Below are positions 57,587-64,000 of a DNA stretch of 64,000 bases, one piece after another. The position numbers and the translations under genes are program-made. Origin of the DNA: Candidatus Omnitrophota bacterium (GTDB taxonomy: Bacteria > Omnitrophota > Gorgyraeia > Zapsychrales > JANLHA01). The notes beneath the pieces were generated by a model. The model ran no database searches. It saw only the letters and a program-made list of their open reading frames with translations, and was not told the DNA's origin. The stretch's first letter is position 1. Every line of letters starts with the position of its first letter. Location: the NCBI GenBank assembly GCA_963662715.1, contig OY759724.1, positions 730,662 to 794,661 on the forward strand, given 5' to 3'.

Positions 57587-59179
57587 ATGAAAATCACTTT
57601 CGTTGCCCTGGGCTGGGAACAACTCAGCATCTCCCTTCTTTCCGCTATCCTCCGGCGGGATGGACATCAAGTCCAGCTGGCTTACAGCCCCGGATTGTTT
57701 CATGACCGCTATAATCTGCATATCCCTCTCCTGGCCTCCCTTTTTAACGACCGCAAGAATGTCTTAAAAACCATTGAGAAGCAAAGACCGGATGTCCTGG
57801 CTTTCTCGGCCATGACCGGAACTTTTCAATGGATGCTGGATATCGCGCAGGAAGCCAAACAATTCTTACCGGACGTAAAAGTGGTTTTCGGCGGCGTGCA
57901 CACCTCCGCTGTCCCCGATCATGTCTTAAAACAAACACCCGTAGATTATGTTTGTGTCGGCGAAGGGGACGTCGCTTTCCGGCTCATCCTGCAGTCTATA
58001 GCCCGGGAGGATTTCACCTCCCCGATCCCCAATACCCGATACAAATCAGCGGACGGCACCGTCATTCAGGGACCGCAGAACAGCTTCATTCAGGATTTAG
58101 ACAGCCTGCCGATCTTCGACAAATCCATCTGGGAAGACCATATCCGGCTGGGCGACATCTATTTCACAATGGCCTCCCGGGGCTGTCCTTTCCGCTGTAC
58201 GTATTGTTTTAACAGTTTTTTCGCCAAGTTAGCCGATCAAAGGGAAGGGAAATACGTCCGGCAAAGAAGCGTCGACCATATGATGAACGAACTGCTTTAT
58301 GCCAAAAGCCGGTACCGGTTAAAGCTGGTGGAATTCGAAGATGACATATTTACTTTCAATAAAAAATGGCTCAAAGATTTCTTGTACCAATACAGGAAAG
58401 ACATCCGTATCCCCTTCCAATGCCTTTCCCACCCGTCTTTCATGGACGAAGAGGTCGTGCGGTGGCTGGCGGAGGCAGGCTGTCAGTTTGTCCAGATGGG
58501 CATTCAAAGCATGGACGAGGCCTTTAAAAACCGTATGATAAAACGGTATGAAAAAACGCATCAGGTCGAAACTGTCATGAAAATCATGCGGAAATATCAT
58601 GTTGATCTGAAAGTTGACCATATGTTTGGCCTGCCCGGAGAGCCTTTATCCGCCCAGGAAACCGCCAGGAAACTTTATACCAAACACCCGCCTTACAGGA
58701 TACAGACCTTCTGGATGAACTACTTTCCCGGGACGGAAATTGTCCAACAGTCTTTGGCTGACGGGACATTGAAACCCGAAGACCTCCGGGATCTTCAGGA
58801 CGGGAAAAACATTGATTTCTACCGTGACAGCTCCAAGACCGTTGATCCGGGGATAAAAAAAGTTTACCGGGCCTATGAAACAATTTTTAAACTTATTCCG
58901 ATACTTCCACCTCCTCTCAAACAACGCCTCAATCCCCGGTTTTTCACAAAACTGCCCCAATGCCTTAATGAATGGATCAGCTTTGCTACTGATGTTATAA
59001 ACGGATTGTGGCGAAGAAATCCTGACCACATCGGTTATGCTAAATACTATCTTTATCATATGTCCCGCTTTTTGCTTTTGAAATTGGGCCAAAAAGCCCT
59101 GCCCGCCACACGACCCCGAGAGAAGAAAAACGTCCCTGATATGCTGGCCAATACCCGGCTTACAGAAAAACCGGTATAA
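57587..59179 (+). CDS. B12-binding domain radical SAM protein
   Basis: N-terminal B12-binding Rossmann-like region (VLAFSAMT..), CPFRCTYC (Cx3Cx2C) radical SAM core; start at MKITFVALGW (alternative ATG 57515). Confidence 0.8.
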   Translation: MKITFVALGWEQLSISLLSAILRRDGHQVQLAYSPGLFHDRYNLHIPLLASLFNDRKNVLKTIEKQRPDVLAFSAMTGTFQWMLDIAQEAKQFLPDVKVVFGGVHTSAVPDHVLKQTPVDYVCVGEGDVAFRLILQSIAREDFTSPIPNTRYKSADGTVIQGPQNSFIQDLDSLPIFDKSIWEDHIRLGDIYFTMASRGCPFRCTYCFNSFFAKLADQREGKYVRQRSVDHMMNELLYAKSRYRLKLVEFEDDIFTFNKKWLKDFLYQYRKDIRIPFQCLSHPSFMDEEVVRWLAEAGCQFVQMGIQSMDEAFKNRMIKRYEKTHQVETVMKIMRKYHVDLKVDHMFGLPGEPLSAQETARKLYTKHPPYRIQTFWMNYFPGTEIVQQSLADGTLKPEDLRDLQDGKNIDFYRDSSKTVDPGIKKVYRAYETIFKLIPILPPPLKQRLNPRFFTKLPQCLNEWISFATDVINGLWRRNPDHIGYAKYYLYHMSRFLLLKLGQKALPATRPREKKNVPDMLANTRLTEKPV

Positions 59180-59308
59180 CCTCATCGCTTGAGGAAAGAA
59201 AAATTATTTTCTTCCCTTTTAAAAAACATGAAAAATCATTCCCAGAGGAACATAAAATTCGATATCATGGATTAAAAACAAATATCCTTTTCTAACCTCT
59301 TTTCAGAC

Positions 59309-61081
59309 ATGCTGAGAAAAAAATTCATTCACCTGCTCCAGAAAATTGCTGATGACCCGGTCCGGGGATTGATCATCTGCGCTTTATTAACCTGCCTGGC
59401 CTACAGCAACAGCCTTATGAACGATTTTCTCATCGATGACCTGAGTTTCATAACCAGCTGGCCTCTCATAAGGGACATGCGGAATTTCCCGCAATTCTTC
59501 GGACCGCATAATCAGCCTCCCGGAGAAGAAGGCGTTTATTCACCGCTAAAAACCCTTATGCACGCTGTGAACTACAATCTGTGGGGGACCAACCCTCTCG
59601 GTTATCATTGTGTGGCTTTGGCGCTGCAGATAATATCCCTCTTTTTTATTTACCGGCTCAGTTTTCTCATAACCAATAACCGGCTGATAACTTTCCTGAC
59701 AACTCTGTTCTTCGGGCTTCATCCCGTCCATGTTGAAGCCGCCGGGACGAAAACAGGAAGCGTCGACACGACAGGCGTCCTTTTCATGTTCATTGCTTTT
59801 TATTATTATATACGGGCCCGCAATCACCTGATGCCTCTGGCCCAGGCCACTCCCCAGGATACCTATAATCGGGATTATAAAATCTCTCTGCTATTTGCAG
59901 CCCTGTCGACCTTCACTCATGAATTATGCCTCACGATCCCTCTCCTCTGGGGGCTGTACGAATGGTCTTATCCCCTGCCCGCCCCCAAAAAAATCCGCAG
60001 CCTCGCCATGCGGCTACTCCCCTTTCTGGCGATAACAATCACTTACCTTTTTCTCAAACTGGGGATTCTGAAAAGCGTGGCCCGCGGAACGTATCTGGCT
60101 GACAGCTTCTATTTAACCATGCTTGTCATTATCAAGGTTCAGGTGAAAAATGTGTTGATCATGTTTTTCCCTTTTACCCTGGCCATCAAACATGTTATTT
60201 CAAAAGGCATTTTTGCCGTCGATGTCTGGGATTTCGACCAGCAGGCCGTCCTCGATCAATCCATCCTTGACCCGCAAGTCCTCAGTTCTCTCCTCTTCCT
60301 GGGTTTGATTGCGTATGCAGCTGTCTGGGCCTATAAAAACAACCGCCTTGTCTTTTTCTGCATCAGCTGGTTTTTCGTCAGCCTTCTCCCTGCCGCAAAC
60401 TTCGTGCCCATTGAATCCTTCTTTGCGGAACGTTATCTTTATCCCGCCTCATGGGCGTTTTGCTTATTGCTTGCGTACGGGTTTTCTTTATGGCTCGACC
60501 AGGAAAAAACCGGTTATATCCATATTCCGCAAAGTCAAAAGACTGTCCCGAAAGCCCGTGTCCAGGCGGTCTTGATCTTCGCTTTCTTGACCGTAACGGC
60601 TTTTTATTTAACGAGAACCTTTCTCCGCAACAAAGACTTCCGGGACAAGACCTCTTTCTTTCAGGCCGAGGTCAGGGCCAACCCGCAAAGTGCCGACTTA
60701 TGGAACGGACTGGCTAACGCGTATCTCAGAGGCAGGCAACCATTGAAGGCTGTTTATGCCTTTAAACGGTCCGTTGCGATTAAACCCCAAAATCCTCTTT
60801 ATTACTTCGGCTGGGCTGAAGCCTACATGACATTGGAGGAATTTTCCTACGCCGAAAAAGTCCTGAATAAAGCTCTCGAACTGAAGCCGGATTACGCTGA
60901 AGCCTATTTCAACCTGGCTATTCTCAAAGTCCTTCAAGGGGACATGGACAAAGCAGAGCAACACGCTTCCAAGGCCTTTGATCTTTTCCACGAACAAGGA
61001 CGCTGGGAAGAAGGCCAGGAATACAAGAAAGCTTTCTACGAGTTCACCTACACGCAATCTTCCCCGAGAGACAATCCGTAA
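59309..61081 (+). CDS. TMTC/PMT-like GT-C membrane glycosyltransferase with C-terminal TPR repeats (paralog of 2348..4141)
   Basis: 590 aa; conserved blocks YSPLKTLMHAVNYNLWGTNPLGYHCVAL and LFFGLHPVHVEAAG aligned with paralog; 3 clear TPRs at C-terminus. Confidence 0.7.
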   Translation: MLRKKFIHLLQKIADDPVRGLIICALLTCLAYSNSLMNDFLIDDLSFITSWPLIRDMRNFPQFFGPHNQPPGEEGVYSPLKTLMHAVNYNLWGTNPLGYHCVALALQIISLFFIYRLSFLITNNRLITFLTTLFFGLHPVHVEAAGTKTGSVDTTGVLFMFIAFYYYIRARNHLMPLAQATPQDTYNRDYKISLLFAALSTFTHELCLTIPLLWGLYEWSYPLPAPKKIRSLAMRLLPFLAITITYLFLKLGILKSVARGTYLADSFYLTMLVIIKVQVKNVLIMFFPFTLAIKHVISKGIFAVDVWDFDQQAVLDQSILDPQVLSSLLFLGLIAYAAVWAYKNNRLVFFCISWFFVSLLPAANFVPIESFFAERYLYPASWAFCLLLAYGFSLWLDQEKTGYIHIPQSQKTVPKARVQAVLIFAFLTVTAFYLTRTFLRNKDFRDKTSFFQAEVRANPQSADLWNGLANAYLRGRQPLKAVYAFKRSVAIKPQNPLYYFGWAEAYMTLEEFSYAEKVLNKALELKPDYAEAYFNLAILKVLQGDMDKAEQHASKAFDLFHEQGRWEEGQEYKKAFYEFTYTQSSPRDNP

Positions 61082-61172
61082 AATTTTGCCCTCCGGATAT
61101 TTTGTCTTCGTCAAATCAACACCTGGAACAGTTTTCCGGTCATGTCTTTCTGAAACAAAGCTTCCGGGACAT

Positions 61173-62876
61173 TCAAACAATGTTTTCCGTCACCGGGATA
61201 CCGGCGGAGCCAACGATCATCTTATAATTTCCGGCCCCCGGGACAACGACAGGGAAAACATTTTTCCGCGGATCTATGGCGACCTCCAGAAGAAACGGCC
61301 CTTTTTCATGCAGGACATATTCTAAATATTCCTCAGGAATATCCGGATGATCGAAACGCTTTGCTTTTAATCCGAAGCCGCGGGCAATTCCCGCAAAATC
61401 AGGACTCTCCTGAAATACGGACGCGGTGTATTGCTTCTGATAAAACAGTTCCTGCTGCTGCCGAACGAGGCCCAGACATCTGTTATTCATAAGGATAATT
61501 TTCACGTTACACTGCAGCTCAGACAGTGTTGCCAACTCCTGAATGTTCATCAGAAGGGAACCGTCTCCGGAGACACAAATCACTAAACGGTCCGGATTTT
61601 CCAGCGCCGCCCCGATCGCCGCCGGAAGCCCGAACCCCATTGTCCCCAAGCCTCCGGAAGTTAAAAATGTCCGCGGCCGTCTAAAAGGGTATGATTGAGC
61701 GGCCCACATCTGATGCTGCCCCACATCTGTTGTTATAATGGCGTTTTGCCCGGCCGCGCGGCCTATACGCCGGATGAACCTGTTGGGGTCATCCGGAGGA
61801 GGCTCTCCCGGCGGACATATTGCTTTAAGCCGGCTGATCTCAGCCAGCCAGCCTTTTCTCTCCGACGTCTTAATACAGGATATCAACGGACCTAACACCT
61901 CTCCCATTTCGGCGACAATGCCACAATCACATAATTTGATTTTATTCATTTCATCCGGATTGACGTCTACATGAATGATTCCCGCTTCCGGGCAGAACTC
62001 CCGGATATTCCCGGTCGAACGGTCGGAAAACCGCGCCCCCATCGCTATTAAAAGATCGCATTTTCTCAAAGCCAGGTTAGCGAACCTGCGACCGTGCATG
62101 CCCAGCATACCCAAAAACAGCGGGTGATCATGCGGCATGGCTCCCAACCCCATTAAAGATGTGGTGACCGGGATGGAATTTTTTTCCGCCAGCTTTTGTA
62201 TTAAGCCAGTGCGGGAACAGTTAACGGCTCCGCCGCCGATATATAAAACGGGTTTACGGGAAGCCTGAATCATCTTCGCAACAGTTTTAAGCTTTTCCGT
62301 CGATAAAGACCGGGGAGCCTTCTCGATACCCTGGTAAAAACGGCCCGGCATCTCCGGCAAAGCATCAATGTCTATTTCCTGAAGCTGGATGTCCTTGGGG
62401 ATATCAATCAGAACCGGGCCGGGCTTCCCGCTGTTGGCCAATTTAAAGCTTTCCGGCAAAACCGACAAAAGCTGTTCGGCTTTCTTGACGGCATAAACTT
62501 TTTTTGTGACCGGCTGCGCCATACGGGCGATATCGACTTCCTGAAAAGCATCTGTTCCCATAAGCCGTGACGGCACCTGTCCTGTAATAAATATAACCGG
62601 CACAGAATCCATTTTGGCATCAGCCACGGCTGTCAGTAAATTCGTGGCCCCGGGGCCGGAAGTCGCCCAACAGACCGCCGTCAACCCTGTTGCCCGGGCC
62701 ATGCCCTGCGCCATAAAGGCCGCCCCCTGTTCATGCCTTGCCAGAACATGCCTGATTCTGCTTTGTTTCAGCGCATGGTATAAAGGCAGGTTCGAGCCGC
62801 CGGGGATTCCGGTGATGATGTTTATTCCCGCTTTCTCCAGCAATCTCACTATGATTTCAGCGCCACGGTATTTCAT
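61173..62876 (-). CDS. ilvB: acetolactate synthase large subunit (biosynthetic type, TPP-dependent)
   Basis: 567 aa; TPP-enzyme N, central and C domains (GIPGGSNLPLY..., GGLGTMGFGLPAAIGA, GDGSLLMNIQEL); preceded by Val-rich leader peptide and attenuator. Confidence 0.85.
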   Translation of the reverse strand: MKYRGAEIIVRLLEKAGINIITGIPGGSNLPLYHALKQSRIRHVLARHEQGAAFMAQGMARATGLTAVCWATSGPGATNLLTAVADAKMDSVPVIFITGQVPSRLMGTDAFQEVDIARMAQPVTKKVYAVKKAEQLLSVLPESFKLANSGKPGPVLIDIPKDIQLQEIDIDALPEMPGRFYQGIEKAPRSLSTEKLKTVAKMIQASRKPVLYIGGGAVNCSRTGLIQKLAEKNSIPVTTSLMGLGAMPHDHPLFLGMLGMHGRRFANLALRKCDLLIAMGARFSDRSTGNIREFCPEAGIIHVDVNPDEMNKIKLCDCGIVAEMGEVLGPLISCIKTSERKGWLAEISRLKAICPPGEPPPDDPNRFIRRIGRAAGQNAIITTDVGQHQMWAAQSYPFRRPRTFLTSGGLGTMGFGLPAAIGAALENPDRLVICVSGDGSLLMNIQELATLSELQCNVKIILMNNRCLGLVRQQQELFYQKQYTASVFQESPDFAGIARGFGLKAKRFDHPDIPEEYLEYVLHEKGPFLLEVAIDPRKNVFPVVVPGAGNYKMIVGSAGIPVTENIV

Positions 62877-62900
62877 TTTTTCTCTCCTTTTTTGTGTATC

Positions 62901-62934
62901 AATAAAAAAGCCCCTGGCATCTCCGCCAGGGGCT
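62901..62934 (-). terminator. attenuator terminator hairpin between ilv leader peptide and ilvB
   Basis: On minus strand AGCCCCTGGC-GGAGAT-GCCAGGGGCT followed by TTTTTTATT. Confidence 0.65.
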
Positions 62935-62951
62935 CACATATTACAAATCAT

Positions 62952-63053
62952 TCAGACAAAAGGAGGCCCCTGCCGGCAGACAAAAAATACGACGACGACA
63001 AGAAGGGCATTCCTGTTTCTTTGATTATGTGTCAGGCTGATCTTACGTTTCAT
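62952..63053 (-). CDS. ilv leader peptide (33 aa, MKRKISLTHNQRNRNALLVVVVFFVCRQGPPFV)
   Basis: Short ORF with LLVVVV run (GTC GTC GTC GTA) directly upstream of terminator hairpin and ilvB; classic branched-chain amino acid attenuation architecture. Confidence 0.6.
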   Translation of the reverse strand: MKRKISLTHNQRNRNALLVVVVFFVCRQGPPFV

Positions 63054-63064
63054 TTGAAAATCCC

Positions 63065-63097
63065 ATAAAAAAAGCTCCTGCCGTTTTCCGGCAGGAG
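63065..63097 (-). terminator. intrinsic terminator upstream of ilv leader (ends preceding minus-strand transcript)
   Basis: GCTCCTGCCG-TTTT-CGGCAGGAGC followed by TTTTTTTAT on minus strand. Confidence 0.6.
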
Positions 63098-63123
63098 CAA
63101 AATTATTAAAAATTTATACGTCT

Positions 63124-63222
63124 TTATGCCGGAAACAAAGACACACCGACCCCTACGCCTGCGACGAGTACGACAGGCACTAAGTTAAGGATCATATTGT
63201 TTCCGGATAAATTTCTCATCAT
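63124..63222 (-). CDS. possible small hydrophobic peptide (32 aa, MMRNLSGNNMILNLVPVVLVAGVGVGVSLFPA)
   Basis: ATG with AAGG 8 nt upstream; followed by terminator; could alternatively be non-coding. Confidence 0.25.
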   Translation of the reverse strand: MMRNLSGNNMILNLVPVVLVAGVGVGVSLFPA

Positions 63223-63396
63223 GGTAACCTTGGATTAAAGGTAACACAAAAAAACGTAAAAGTCAAATGACTCTCTTTTGAGGCCGGCTTCACACCCCCA
63301 GGCAGACTATTTTCATGGACATGAATTTTTCCTTTGGTATACTATTATTCTCAAGAAAAACCTCCGCCCCCCGGATAAAGGATTTAAAACCATCAT

Positions 63397-64000
63397 GACA
63401 AATACAAGTCTCGATTCTCTGCCCCGGGATTTTATCTGCCGGGCCTGCCCGAATGGATGCCACCTGCGCCTGTTCATCCTGCCAGAAAACCAAATAGATA
63501 TCCAAGGGAACAAATGCCCCAAAGGCGCAGCCTATGCCTTACAACGCCTAGACAAATCATGCGGAACAAACCCCATTTCTGCTGTCGCCCTGCCGCCTGC
63601 CGTCCGGCAGAACGGGAAGCGCCCTGTCCCGCATGGCTCTGCCTGTTCCGATGAGGAACTCGCTGAAATTGTTCGCTTATGGGGGTTATCGCTAAAAAAA
63701 ACACTTCCTCACATTGATATTGCGGGAAGTCCGGAAAGAAGCCTTTTCCGTATTGCATTCGAATCGTCCGGAACCGAGCGTTTCATCCTTGAACAGATCC
63801 CTCCAAAGTCTTATCAGGAAAAACAGCGTATCGCCCGGACTCTCGAATATCTGCACAATAAACAGCTGACGCGCATCCAGCCGTACCTTACCGCCGACAA
63901 AGACCATCGTTTTCTCCTTGAATACAAAGACCATTTCTGGCAAATTATGCCTTTTATCCAGGGCGTCCCTTTGGACAGAACAACTTATATCTATGAAAAA
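63397..64000 (+). CDS. DUF1667 zinc-ribbon domain fused to phosphotransferase (APH/kinase-like) domain, 3' truncated by window end
   Basis: Manual translation: MTNTSLDSLPRDFICRACPNGCHLRL...GNKCPKGAAYALQRL (DUF1667 CxxCxxGC...GNxCxxG pattern), then ...ERFILEQIPPKSYQEKQRIARTLEYLHNKQL kinase-like; open to end of window. Confidence 0.55.

Noticed and set aside
60698-61180. 160-aa minus-strand ORF
   Set aside because: Antisense within the TMTC-like + strand gene 59309..61081.
62614-63024. 136-aa + strand ORF
   Set aside because: Antisense to the ilvB 5' end and the leader/attenuator region, which is better explained by the minus-strand leader peptide plus hairpin.
1-64000. Mobile elements / prophage / integrase
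   Set aside because: No transposase, integrase, phage structural or tRNA-adjacent attachment signatures seen. The long repeats are explained by paralogous giant genes.

Overview
This 64 kb window is a gene-dense bacterial chromosomal region with about 50% GC, GGAGG-type ribosome-binding sites and some GTG/TTG starts. It looks like an uncultivated lineage, and it has no rRNA, tRNA, CRISPR or transposase signals. Recognisable housekeeping genes are pfkA, tag, ssb, ilvB (with a Val-rich leader-peptide attenuator), a MoxR AAA+ ATPase, a DUF62 SAM hydrolase, an RlpA-like protein and a PurD-like ATP-grasp fragment at the left edge. Among these sits a set of unusual envelope and secreted-protein genes. 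(1) Three paralogous giant secreted HEAT-repeat proteins of 1553, 2770 and 1616 aa share an unrecognised N-terminal domain of about 380 aa and a conserved C-terminal domain of about 60 aa. Two of them are tandem and carry a near-identical ~1.15 kb direct repeat over their 5' ends. (2) A membrane protein ends in a (Cys-His-x-Ala)x7 tail encoded by a 12-nt tandem repeat, followed 15 nt later by a radical SAM/SPASM maturase. This is a candidate new rSAM-modified protein system. (3) A c-di-GMP-I (GEMM) riboswitch candidate with a terminator expression platform lies upstream of a tiny secreted repeat protein, and a PilZ protein is also present. (4) A bacterial alpha-2-macroglobulin carries an intact CVEQ thioester. 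(5) A MoxR operon contains a 1191-aa protein that fuses an HExxH motif with a DUF58 domain, alongside radical SAM and DUF362 Fe-S proteins. (6) There are two TMTC-like GT-C/TPR glycosyltransferase paralogs, a PEP-CTERM protein and a PspC protein. Most + strand ORFs in the track are antisense artefacts of long minus-strand genes.
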